Shown: piece after piece, positions 50,500 to 63,440 of the stretch
How positions within the stretch are numbered: position 1 is the stretch's first letter
How the letters are laid out: each line of letters opens with the position of its first letter
From: Squalus acanthias
Taxonomy: Eukaryota
Length of the DNA stretch: 64,000 bases
Direction of reading: 5' to 3'
NCBI GenBank assembly: GCA_030390025.1
Contig: CM059438.1
Span: forward strand, 58,406,001 to 58,470,000
Translations under genes and position numbers: made by a program
The notes under the pieces: model-generated
Seen by the model: the letters and a program-made list of their open reading frames with translations, nothing else
What the model was told of the DNA's origin: nothing
The model's database searches: none

Positions 50500-53400
50500 T
50501 TTGGGATGGAGCTGGCTACTGAGAGACACTGGGGAATGGAGCTGTGTACAGACTGACTCTGGGGAAGGGAGCTGAGTACATACAAACTCTGGGATTTGAG
50601 ATGGGTACAGACAGACTGCGGAATGGAGCTGAGCACATACAGACTTTATGAATGCAGCTGGGCACAGACAGACTGGGGAATGGAGCTGGTTACAGATAGA
50701 CTCTGGGAATGGAGCTGTGTACAGAAAGACTCTTGGGAATGGAGCTGGGTACAGATAGACTGGGAAATGGAGCTGTGTACAGACAGAATCTGGGAATGGA
50801 GCTGGGTACAGACAGCCTCTGGGAATGGAGCAGGTTACAAACTGACTCTGAGGAATGGAGCTGGGTACAGACAGACTCTGGGAATGGAGCTGGGTACAGA
50901 AAGAATCTGGGAATGGAGCTGGGTAAGACAGTCTCTGGGAATCGAGCTGTGTACAGACAGACTCTGCGAATGGAGGTGGTTACAGAAGGACTCTGGGAAT
51001 AGAGCTGGGTATAGACAAACTCGGGGAAATGGAATTGGGTACAGACAGACTGTGGAATCAAATCTGGGTAGACACAGACTCTGGGGAATGGAGCTGGGTA
51101 CAGACAGAGACTGGGAATGGAGCTGGGTACAGACAGACTGGGGAATGGAGCTGGGTACAGACACACAGGTGAATGGATCTGCATACAGGCAGACTCTGGG
51201 GACTGGAGCTGCGTACAGACAGACTCTGGGAATAGAGCTGTGTACAGACAGACTCTGGGAATGGAGCTGGGTACAGACAGACTCTGGGAATGGAGCTGGG
51301 TACAGATTGACTTGGGGAATGGAGTGGGGTAGAGACAGACTGGGTAATGAAGCTGGGTACAGACAAACTCTGGGGAATGGAGTTGGGTACAGGCAGACTG
51401 TGGGAATGGAGTTGGTTTCAGGCAGACTCTGGAGAATGGAGCTGGGTACAGACAGACTCTGGGAATGGAGCTGGGTACAGACAGAATCTGGGGAATGGAG
51501 CTGGGTAGAGACAGACTGTGGAATGGAACTGGTTTCAGGCAGACTCTAGGAATGGAGCTGGGTACAGACAGACTCTGGGGAATGGAGTTTGGTACGGAAA
51601 GACTCTGGTGAATGGAGCTGGGTGCGGACAGACTCTGGAGAATGGAGCTGGGTACAGACAGACTATGGGAATGGAGCTCGGTACAGAAAGACTCTGGGGA
51701 ATGGAGCTGTGTACAGACAGACTCTGGGGAATGGAGCTGGTTATAGACAGACTCTGGGAATGGAGTTGGGTACAGAAAGAATCTGGGAATGGAGCTGGGT
51801 AAGACAGTCTCTGGGAATCGAGCTGTGTACAGACAGACTCTGCGAATGGAGGTGGTTACAGAAGGACTCTGGGAATAGAGCTGGGTACAGACAAACTCGG
51901 GGAAATGGAATTGGGTACAGACAGACTGTGGAATCAAATCTGGGTGGACACAGACTCTGGGGAATGGAGCTGGGTACAGACAGAGACTGGGAATGGAGCT
52001 GGGTACAGACAGACTGGGGAATGGAGCTGGGTCCAGACACACAGGTGAATGGATCTGCATACAGGCAGACTCTGGGGACTGGAGCTGCGTACAGACAGAC
52101 TCTGGGAATAGAGCTGTGTACAGACAGACTCTGGGAATGGAGCTGGGTACAGACAGACTCTGGGAATGGAGCTGGGTACAGATAGACTCGGGGAATGGAG
52201 TGGGGTAGAGACAGACTGGGTAATGAAGCTGGGTACAGACAGACTCTGGGGAATGGAGTTGGGTACAGGCAGAATGTGGGAATGGAGCTGGGTAGAGACA
52301 GACTGTGGAATGGAGTTGGTTTCAGGCAGACTCTGGAGAAGGGAGCGGGGTACAGACAGACTCTGGGAATGGAGCTGGGTACAGACAGACTCTGGGGAAT
52401 GGAGCTGGGTATAGACAGACACTGGGAATGGAGCTGGGTACAGACAGACTCTGGGAATGGAGCTGGGTACAGACAGACTCTGGGGAATGGAGCTGGGTAC
52501 AGACAGACTCTGGGAATGGAGCTCGGTACAGAAAGACTGTGGGGAATGGAGCTGTGTACAGACAGACTCTGGGGAATGGAGCTGGTTATAGACAGACTCA
52601 GGGGAATGGAGCTGGGTACTGACAGACTTTGGGGAATGGAGCTGGGTACAGACAGACTGAGGAATGGCGTTGGGTACAGGCAGACTCTGGGGAAGGGAGC
52701 TGGGTGCAGACTGACTTTTGGGATGGAGCTGGCTACTGAGAGACACTGGGGAATGGAGCTGTGTACAGACAGACTCTGGGGAAGGGAGCTGAGTACATAC
52801 AAACTCTGGGATTTGAGATGGGTACAGACAGACTGCAGAATGGAGCTGAGCACAGACATACTTTATGAATGCAGCTGGGCACAGACAGACTGGGGAATGG
52901 AGCTGGTTACAGATAGACTCTGGGAATGGAGCTGTGTACAGAAAGACTCTGGGGAATGGAGCTGGGTACAGACAGCCTCTGGGAATGGAGCAGGTTACAA
53001 ACTGACTCTGAGGAATGGAGCTGGGTACAGAAAGAATCTGGGAATGGAGCTGGGTAAGACAGTCTCTGGGAATCGAGCTGTGTACAGACAGACCCTGCGA
53101 ATGGAGATGGTTACAGAAGGACTCTGGGAATAGAGCTGGGTACAGACAAACTCGGTGAAATGGAATTGGGTTCAGACAGACTGTGGAATCAAATCTGGGT
53201 AGACACAGACTCTGGTTAATGGAGCTGGGTACAGACATAGACTGGGAATTGAGCTGGGTACAGACACACTGGGAATGGAGCTGGGTACAGACACACAGGT
53301 GAATGGATCTGCATACAGGCAGACTCTGGGGAATGGAGCTGGGTACAGACAGACTCTGGGAATAGAGCTGTGTACAGACACACTCTGGGAATGGAGCTGG

Positions 53401-56400
53401 TTACAGACAGACTCTGGGAATGGAGCTGGGTACAGATAGACTCGGGGAATGGAGTGGGGTAGAGACAGACTGGGTAATGAAGCTGGGTACAGACAGACTC
53501 TGGGTAATGGAGTTGGGTACAGGCAGACTGTGGGAATGGAGCTGGGTAGAGACAGACTGTGGAATGGAGTTCCTTTCAGGCAGACTCTGGAGAATGGAGC
53601 TGGGTACAGACAGACTCTGGGAATGGAGCTGGGTACAGACAGACTCTGGGGAATGGAGCTGGGTAGAGACAGACTGTGGAATGGAGCTGGTTTCAGGCAG
53701 ACTCTGGGAATGGAGCTGGGTACGGACAGACTCTGGGAATGGAGCTGGGTACAGACAGACTCTGGGGAATGGAGCTCGGTACAGACAGACTCTGGGAATG
53801 GAGCTCGGTACAGAAAGACTGTGGGGAATGGAGCTGTGTACAGACAGACTCTGGGGAATGGAGCTGGTTATAGACAGACTCAGGGGAATGGAGCTGGGTA
53901 CAGACAGACTTTTGGGATGGAGCTGGCTACTGAGAGACACTGGGGAATGGAGCTGTGTACAGACTGACTCTGGGGAAGGGAGCTGAGTACATACAAACTC
54001 TGGGATTTGAGATGGGAACAGACAGACTGCGGAATGGAGCTGAGCACAGACAGACTTTATGAATGCAGCTGGGCACAGACAGACTGGGGAATGGAGCTGG
54101 TTACAGATAGACTCTGGGAATGGAGCTGTGTACAGAAAGACTCTTGGGAATGGAGCTGGGTACAGATAGACTGGGAAATGGAGCTGTGTACAGACAGAAT
54201 CTGGGAATGGAGCTGGGTACAGACAGCCTCTGGGAATGGAGCAGGTTACAAACTGACTCTGAGGAATGGAGCTGGGTACAGACAGACTCTGGGAATGGAG
54301 CTGGGTACAGAAAGAATCTGGGAATGGAGCTGGGTAAGACAGTCTCTGGGAATCGAGCTGTGTACAGACAGACTCTGCGAATGGAGGTGGTTACAGAAGG
54401 ACTCTGGGAATAGAGCTGGGTATAGACAAACTCGGGGAAATGGAATTGGGTACAGACAGACTGTGGAATCAAATCTGGGTAGACACAGACTCTGGGGAAT
54501 GGAGCTGGGTACAGACAGAGACTGGGAATGGAGCTGGGTACAGACAGACTGGGGAATGGAGCTGGGTACAGACACACAGGTGAATGGATCTGCATACAGG
54601 CAGACTCTGGGGACTGGAGCTGCGTACAGACAGACTCTGGGAATAGAGCTGTGTACAGACAGACTCTGGGAATGGAGCTGGGTACAGACAGACTCTGGGA
54701 ATGGAGCTGGGTACAGATTGACTTGGGGAATGGAGTGGGGTAGAGACAGACTGGGTAATGAAGCTGGGTACAGACAAACTCTGGGGAATGGAGTTGGGTA
54801 CAGGCAGACTGTGGGAATGGAGTTGGTTTCAGGCAGACTCTGGAGAATGGAGCTGGGTACAGACAGACTCTGGGAATGGAGCTGGGTACAGATTGACTTG
54901 GGGAATGGAGTGGGGTAGAGACAGACTGGGTAATGAAGCTGGGTACAGACAAACTCTGGGGAATGGAGTTGGGTACAGGCAGACTGTGGGAATGGAGTTG
55001 GTTTCAGGCAGACTCTGGAGAATGGAGCTGGGTACAGACAGACTCTGGGAATGGAGCTGGGTACAGACAGAATCTGGGGAATGGAGCTGGGTAGAGACAG
55101 ACTGTGGAATGGAACTGGTTTCAGGCAGACTCTAGGAATGGAGCTGGGTACAGACAGACTCTGGGGAATGGAGTTCGGTACGGAAAGACTCTGGTGAATG
55201 GAGCTGGGTGCGGACAGACTCTGGAGAATGGAGCTGGGTACAGACAGACTATGGGAATGGAGCTCGGTACAGAAAGACTCTGGGGAATGGAGCTGTGTAC
55301 AGACAGACTCTGGGGAATGGAGCTGGTTATAGACAGACTCTGGGAATGGAGTTGGGTACAGAAAGAATCTGGGAATGGAGCTGGGTAAGACAGTCTCTGG
55401 GAATCGAGCTGTGTACAGACAGACTCTGCGAATGGAGGTGGTTACAGAAGGACTCTGGGAATAGAGCTGGGTACAGACAAACTCGGGGAAATGGAATTGG
55501 GTACAGACAGACTGTGGAATCAAATCTGGGTGGACACAGACTCTGGGGAATGGAGCTGGGTACAGACAGAGACTGGGAATGGAGCTGGGTACAGACAGAC
55601 TGGGGAATGGAGCTGGGTCCAGACACACAGGTAAATGGATCTGCATACAGGCAGACTCTGGGGACTGGAGCTGCGTACAGACAGACTCTGGGAATAGAGC
55701 TGTGTACAGACAGACTCTGGGAATGGAGCTGGGTACAGACAGACTCTGGGAATGGAGCTGGGTACAGATAGACTCGGGGAATGGAGTGGGGTAGAGACAG
55801 ACTGGGTAATGAAGCTGGGTACAGACAGACTCTGGGGAATGGAGTTGGGTACAGGCAGAATGTGGGAATGGAGCTGGGTAGAGACAGACTGTGGAATGGA
55901 GTTGGTTTCAGGCAGACTCTGGAGAAGGGAGCGGGGTACAGACAGACTCTGGGAATGGAGCTGGGTACAGACAGACTCTGGGGAATGGAGCTGGGTATAG
56001 ACAGACACTGGGAATGGAGCTGGGTACAGACAGACTCTGGGAATGGAGCTGGGTACAGACAGACTCTGGGGAATGGAGCTGGGTACAGACAGACTCTGGG
56101 AATGGAGCTCGGTACAGAAAGACTGTGGGGAATGGAGCTGTGTACAGACAGACTCTGGGGAATGGAGCTGGTTATAGACAGACTCAGGGGAATGGAGCTG
56201 GGTACTGACAGACTTTGGGGAATGGAGCTGGGTACAGACAGACTGAGGAATGGCGTTGGGTACCGGCAGACTCTGGGGAAGGGAGCTGGGTGCAGACTGA
56301 CTTTTGGGATGGAGCTGGCTACTGAGAGACACTGGGGAATGGAGCTGTGTACAGACAGACTCTGGGGAAGGGAGCTGAGTACATACAAACTCTGGGATTT

Positions 56401-58600
56401 GAGATGGGTACAGACAGACTGCAGAATGGAGCTGAGCACAGACATACTTTATGAATGCAGCTGGGCACAGACAGACTGGGGAATGGAGCTGGTTACAGAT
56501 AGACTCTGGGAATGGAGCTGGGTACAGACAGACTCTGGGAATGGAGCTGGGTACAGATTGACTTGGGGAATGGAGTGGGGTAGAGACAGACTGGGTAATG
56601 AAGCTGGGTACAGACAAACTCTGGGGAATGGAGTTGGGTACAGGCAGACTGTGGGAATGGAGTTGGTTTCAGGCAGACTCTGGAGAATGGAGCTGGGTAC
56701 AGACAGACTCTGGGAATGGAGCTGGGTACAGAAAGAATCTGGGAATGGAGCTGGGTAAGACAGTCTCTGGGAATCGAGCTGTGTACAGACAGACCCTGCG
56801 AATGGAGATGGTTACAGAAGGACTCTGGGAATAGAGCTGGGTACAGACAAACTCGGTGAAATGGAATTGGGTTCAGACAGACTGTGGAATCAAATCTGGG
56901 TAGACACAGACTCTGGTTAATGGAGCTGGGTACAGACATAGACTGGGAATTGAGCTGGGTACAGACACACTGGGGAATGGAGCTGGGTACAGACACACAG
57001 GTGAATGGATCTGCATACAGGCAGACTCTGGGGAATGGAGCTGGGTACAGACAGACTCTGGGAATAGAGCTGTGTACAGACACACTCTGGGAATGGAGCT
57101 GGTTACAGACAGACTCTGGGAATGGAGCTGGGTACAGATAGACTCGGGGAATGGAGTGGGGTAGAGACAGACTGGGTAATGAAGCTGGGTACAGACAGAC
57201 TCTGGGTAATGGAGTTGGGTACAGGCAGACTGTGGGAATGGAGCTGGGTAGAGACAGACTGTGGAATGGAGTTCCTTTCAGGCAGACTCTGGAGAATGGA
57301 GCTGGGTACAGACAGACTCTGGGAATGGAGCTGGGTACAGACAGACTCTGGGGAATGGAGCTGGGTAGAGACAGACTGTGGAATGGAGCTGGTTTCAGGC
57401 AGACTCTGGGAATGGAGCTGGGTACGGACAGACTCTGGGAATGGAGCTGGGTACAGACAGACTCTGGGGAATGGAGCTCGGTACAGACAGACTCTGGGAA
57501 TGGAGCTCGGTACAGAAAGACTGTGGGGAATGGAGCTGTGTACAGACAGACTCTGGGGAATGGAGCTGGTTATAGACAGACTCAGGGGAATGGAGCTGGG
57601 TACAGACAGACTTTTGGGATGGAGCTGGCTACTGAGAGACACTGGGGAATGGAGCTGTGTACAGACTGACTCTGGGGAAGGGAGCTGAGTACATACAAAC
57701 TCTGGGATTTGAGATGGGAACAGACAGACTGCGGAATGGAGCTGAGCACAGACAGACTTTATGAATGCAGCTGGGCACAGACAGACTGGGGAATGGAGCT
57801 GGTTACAGATAGACTCTGGGAATGGAGCTGTGTACAGAAAGACTCTTGGGAATGGAGCTGGGTACAGATAGACTGGGAAATGGAGCTGTGTACAGACAGA
57901 ATCTGGGAATGGAGCTGGGTACAGACAGCCTCTGGGAATGGAGCAGGTTACAAACTGACTCTGAGGAATGGAGCTGGGTACAGACAGACTCTGGGAATGG
58001 AGCTGGGTACAGAAAGAATCTGGGAATGGAGCTGGGTAAGACAGTCTCTGGGAATCGAGCTGTGTACAGACAGACTCTGCGAATGGAGGTGGTTACAGAA
58101 GGACTCTGGGAATAGAGCTGGGTATAGACAAACTCGGGGAAATGGAATTGGGTACAGACAGACTGTGGAATCAAATCTGGGTAGACACAGACTCTGGGGA
58201 ATGGAGCTGGGTACAGACAGAGACTGGGAATGGAGCTGGGTACAGACAGACTGGGGAATGGAGCTGGGTACAGACACACAGGTGAATGGATCTGCATACA
58301 GGCAGACTCTGGGGACTGGAGCTGCGTACAGACAGACTCTGGGAATAGAGCTGTGTACAGACAGACTCTGGGAATGGAGCTGGGTACAGACAGACTCTGG
58401 GAATGGAGCTGGGTACAGATTGACTTGGGGAATGGAGTGGGGTAGAGACAGACTGGGTAATGAAGCTGGGTACAGACAAACTCTGGGGAATGGAGTTGGG
58501 TACAGGCAGACTGTGGGAATGGAGTTGGTTTCAGGCAGACTCTGGAGAATGGTGCTGGGTACAGACAGACTCTGGGAATGGAGCTGGGTAGAGACAGACT
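50500..58600 (+). repeat. Recent higher-order tandem duplication of ~3.4-3.7 kb within the satellite
   Basis: Near-identical ORF strings at offsets 3411 (50596/54007), 3586 (51993/55579, 52195/55781) and 3702 (53420/57122, 54007/57709). Boundaries are approximate. Confidence 0.8.
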
Positions 58601-59799
58601 GTGGAATGGAACTGGTTTCAGGCAGACTCTAGGAATGGAGCTGGGTACAGACAGACTCTGGGGAATGGAGCTCGGTACTGGCAGACTCTGGAGAATGGAG
58701 CTGGGTACAGGCAGACTCTGGGAATGGAGCTCGGTACAGAAAGACTGTGGGGAATGGAGCTGTGTACAGACAGACTCTGGGGAATGGAGCTGGTTATAGA
58801 CAGACTCAGGGGAATGGAGCTGGGTACTGACAGACTTTGGGGAATGGAGCTGGGTACAGACAGACTGAGGAATGGCGTTGGGTACCGGCAGACTCTGGGG
58901 AAGGGAGCTGGGTGCAGACTGACTTTTGGGATGGAGCTGGCTACTGAGAGACACTGGGGAATGGAGCTGTGTACAGACAGACTCTGGGGAAGGGAGCTGA
59001 GTACATACAAACTCTGGGATTTGAGATGGGTACAGACAGACTGCAGAATGGAGCTGAGCACAGACATACTTTATGAATGCAGCTGGGCACAGACAGACTG
59101 GGGAATGGAGCTGGTTACAGATAGACTCTGGGAATGGAGCTGTGTACAGAAAGACTCTGGGGAATGGAGCTGGGTACAGACAGCCTCTGGGAATGGAGCA
59201 GGTTACAAACTGACTCTGAGGAATGGAGCTGGGTACAGACAGACTCTGGGAATGGAGCTGGGTACAGAAAGAATCTGGGAATGGAGCTGGGTAAGACAGT
59301 CTCTGGGAATCGAGCTGTGTACAGACAGACCCTGCGAATGGAGATGGTTACAGAAGGACTCTGGGAATAGAGCTGGGTACAGACAAACTCGGTGAAATGG
59401 AATTGGGTACAGACAGACTGTGGAATCAAATCTGGGTAGACACAGACTCTGGTTAATGGAGCTGGGTACAGACATAGACTGGGAATTGAGCTGGGTACAG
59501 ACACACTGGGGAATGGAGCTGGGTACAGACACACAGGTGAATGGATCTGCATACAGGCAGACTCTGGGGAATGGAGCTGGGTACAGACAGACTCTGGGAA
59601 TAGAGCTGTGTACAGACACACTCTGGGAATGGAGCTGGTTACAGACAGACTCTGGGAATGGAGCTGGGTATAGACAGAATCCGGGAATGGAGCTGGGTAC
59701 AGACAGACTCTTGGAATGGAGCTGGGTACAGACAGACTATGGGAATGGAGCTCGGTACAGAAAGACTCTGGGGAATGGAGCTGTGTACAGACAGACTCT

Positions 59800-62700
59800 G
59801 GGAATGGAGCTGGGTACAGACAGAATCTGGGAATGGAGCTGGGTATAAATAGACTGGGGAATCGAGCTCAGTGCAGAAAGACTCTGGAATGCAGCTGGGT
59901 GCAGACAGACTCTGGGAATGGAGCTGGGTGCAGACAGACTCTGGGAATGGAGCTGGGTGCAGACAGACTCTGGGAATGTAGCTGGGTACAGACAGACACT
60001 GGGAATGCAGCTGGGTGCAGACAGACTCTGGGAATGGAGCTGGGTGCAGACAGACTCTGGGAATGGAGCAGGGTACAGACATACTCCAGGAATGGAGCTG
60101 GGCACAGACACACTCTGGGAATGGAGCTCGGTACAGAAATAATTTTTGAAAGCAGATATGTAGAGAGAAACTCTGGGAATGTAGATGGGTACAGACAGAA
60201 TCTGGGGAATGGAGCTGGGTGCAGACAGACACATGGAATGGAGCTGGGTACAGACAGACTCTTGGATTGGAGCTGAGTGCAGGCAGACTCTGTGAATAGA
60301 GCAGTGTACAGACAGACTCCGGGAATGGAGCTGGGAATAGACAGTATCTGGGAATGGAGCTGGGTAGAGACAGACTCTGGGAATGGAGCTGGGTAGAGAC
60401 AGACTCTGGGAATGGAGCTAAATACAGACAGACTCTGGGAATGGAGTTGGGTATAGACAGAATCCGGGAATGGAGCTGGGTACAGACAGTCTCTGGGAAT
60501 GGAGATGAGTACAGACAGAATCTGGGAATGGAGTTTGTTACAGACAGACTCTGGGAATGGAGATGAGTACAGACAGACTCTGGGGAATGGAGCTGGGTAG
60601 AGACAGACTGTGGAATGGAGCTGGTTTCAGGCAGACTCTGGGAATGGAGCTGGGTACAGACAGACTCTGGGGAATGGAGTTCGGTACAGAAAGACTCTGG
60701 GGAATGGAGCTGGATACGGACAGACTCTGGGAATGGAGCTGGGTACAGACAGACTCTGGGGAATGGAGCTCGGTACTGGCAGACTCTGGGAATGGAGCTG
60801 GGTACAGACAGACTCTGGGAATGGAGCTCGGTACAGAAAGACTCTGGGGAATGGAGCTGTGTACAGACAGACTCTGGGGAATGGAACTGGTTATCGACAG
60901 ACTCAGGGGAATGGAGCTGGGTACTGACAGACTTTTGGGATGGAGCTGGCTGCTGAGAGACACTGGGGAATGGAGCTGTGTACAGACAGACTCTGGGGAA
61001 GGGAGCTGAGTACATACAAACTCTGGGATTTGAGATGGTTACAGACAGACTGCGGAATGGATCTGAGCACAGACAGACTTTATGAATGCAGCTGGGCACA
61101 GACAGACTGGGGAATGGAGCTGGTTACAGATAGACTCTGGGAATGGAGCTGGGTACAGACAGAATCTGGGAATGGAGCTGGGTATAAATAGACTGGGGAA
61201 TCGAGCTAAGTGCAGAAAGACTCTGGAATGCAGCTGGGTGCAGACAGACTCTGGGAATGGAGCTGGGTGCAGACAGACTCTGGGAATGGAGCTGGGTGCA
61301 GACAGACTCTGGGAATGTAGCTGGGTACAGACAGACACTGGGAATGCAGCTGGGTGCAGACAGACTCTGGGAATGGAGCTGGGTGCAGACAGACTCTGGG
61401 AATGTAGCTGGGTACAGACAGACACTGGGAATGGAGCTGGGTCCAGACAGACTCTGGGAATGGAGCTCAGTGTAGGCAGACTCTGTGAATGGAGCAGGGT
61501 ACAGACATACTCCAGGAATGGAGCTGGGCACAGACACACTCTGGGAATGGAGCTCGGTACAGAAATAATTTTTGAAAGCAGATATGTAGAGAGAAACTCT
61601 GGGAATGTAGATGGGTACAGACAGAATCTGGGGAATGGAGCTGGGTGCAGACAGACACATGGAATGGAGCTGGGTACAGACAGACTCTTGGATTGGAGCT
61701 GAGTGCAGGCAGACTCTGTGAATAGAGCAGTGTACAGACAGACTCCGGGAATGGAGCTGGGAATAGACAGTATCTGGGAATGGAGCTGGGTGGAGACAGA
61801 CTCTGGGAATGGAGCTGGGTAGAGACAGACTCTGGGAATGGAGCTAAATACAGACAGACTCTGGGAATGGAGTTGGGTATAGACAGAATCCGGGAATGGA
61901 GCTGGGTACAGACAGTCTCTGGGAATGGAGATGAGTACAGACAGAATCTGGGAATGGAGTTTGTTACAGACAGACTCTGGGAATGGAGATGAGTACAGAC
62001 AGACTCTGGGGAATGGAGCTGGGTAGAGACAGACTGTGGAATGGAGCTGGTTTCAGGCAGACTCTGGGAATGGAGCTGGGTACAGACAGACTCTGGGGAA
62101 TGGAGTTCGGTACAGAAAGACTCTGGGGAATGGAGCTGGATACGGACAGACTCTGGGAATGGAGCTGGGTACAGACAGACTCTGGGGAATGGAGCTCGGT
62201 ACTGGCAGACTCTGGGAATGGAGCTGGGTACAGACAGACTCTGGGAATGGAGCTCGGTACAGAAAGACTCTGGGGAATGGAGCTGTGCACAGACAGACTC
62301 TGGGGAATGGAACTGGTTATCGACAGACTCAGGGGAATGGAGCTGGGTACTGACAGACTTTTGGGATGGAGCTGGCTACTGAGAGACACTGGGGAATGGA
62401 GCTGTGTACAGACAGACTCTGGGGAAGGGAGCTGAGTACATACAAACTCTGGGATTTGAGATGGTTACAGACAGACTGCGGAATGGAGCTGAGCACAGAC
62501 AGACTTTATGAATGCAGCTGGGCACAGACAGACTGGGGAATGGAGCTGGTTACAGATAGACTCTGGGAATGGAGCTGGGTATAGACAGAATCCGGGAATG
62601 GAGCTGGGTACAGACAGACTCTTGGAATGGAGCTGAGTACAAACAGACTCTGGGAATGGAGCTGGGTGCAGGCTGACTCTGGGAATGGAGGTGGGTGCAG

Positions 62701-63440
62701 ACAGAATGTGGAGATTGGAGTGGAGTGCAGGCAGACTCTATGAATGGAGCAGGGAACAGACAGACTGGTGAATGGAGCTGATACAGACAGCCTCTGGGAA
62801 TGGAGCTGGGTACAGACAGAATCTGGGAATGGAGCTGGGTATAAATAGACTGGGGAATCGAGCTAAGTGCAGAAAGACTCTGGAATGCAGCTGGGTGCAG
62901 ACAGACTCTGGGAATGGAGCTGGGTGCAGACAGACTCTGGGAATGTAGCTGGGTGCAGACAGACTCTGGGAATGTAGCTGGGTACAGACAGACACTGGGA
63001 ATGGAGCTGGGTCCAGACAGACTCTGGGAATGGAGCTCAGTGTAGGCAGACTCTGTGAATGGAGCAGGGTACAGACATACTCCAGGAATGGAGCTGGGCA
63101 CAGACACACTCTGGGAATGGAGCTGGGTACAGAAATAATTTTTGAAAGCAGATATGTAGAGAGAAACTCTGGTAATGTAGATGGGTACAGACAGAATCTG
63201 GGGAATGGAGCTGGGTGCAGACAGACACATGGAATGGAGCTGGGTACAGACAGACTCTTGGATTGGAGCTGAGTGCAGGCAGACTCTGTGAATAGAGCAG
63301 TGTACAGACAGACTCCGGGAATGGAGCTGGGAATAGACAGTATCTGGGAATGGAGCTGGGTAGATACAGACTCTGGGAATGGAGCTGGGTAGAGACAGAC
63401 TCTGGGAATGGAGCTAAATACAGGCTGACTCTGGGAATGG
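59800..63440 (+). repeat. ~1.4-1.6 kb higher-order repeat, about 2.5 copies
   Basis: Marker AGAAATAATTTTTGAAAGCAGATATG at ~60135, 61561 and 63131 (offsets 1426, 1570); ORF offsets 60354/61780/63350. Confidence 0.85.

Noticed and set aside
60135..60170. AT-rich patch as a promoter or TATA-like element
   Set aside because: It aligns without gaps to the monomer consensus and has no associated gene; kept as a mutation-cluster finding instead.
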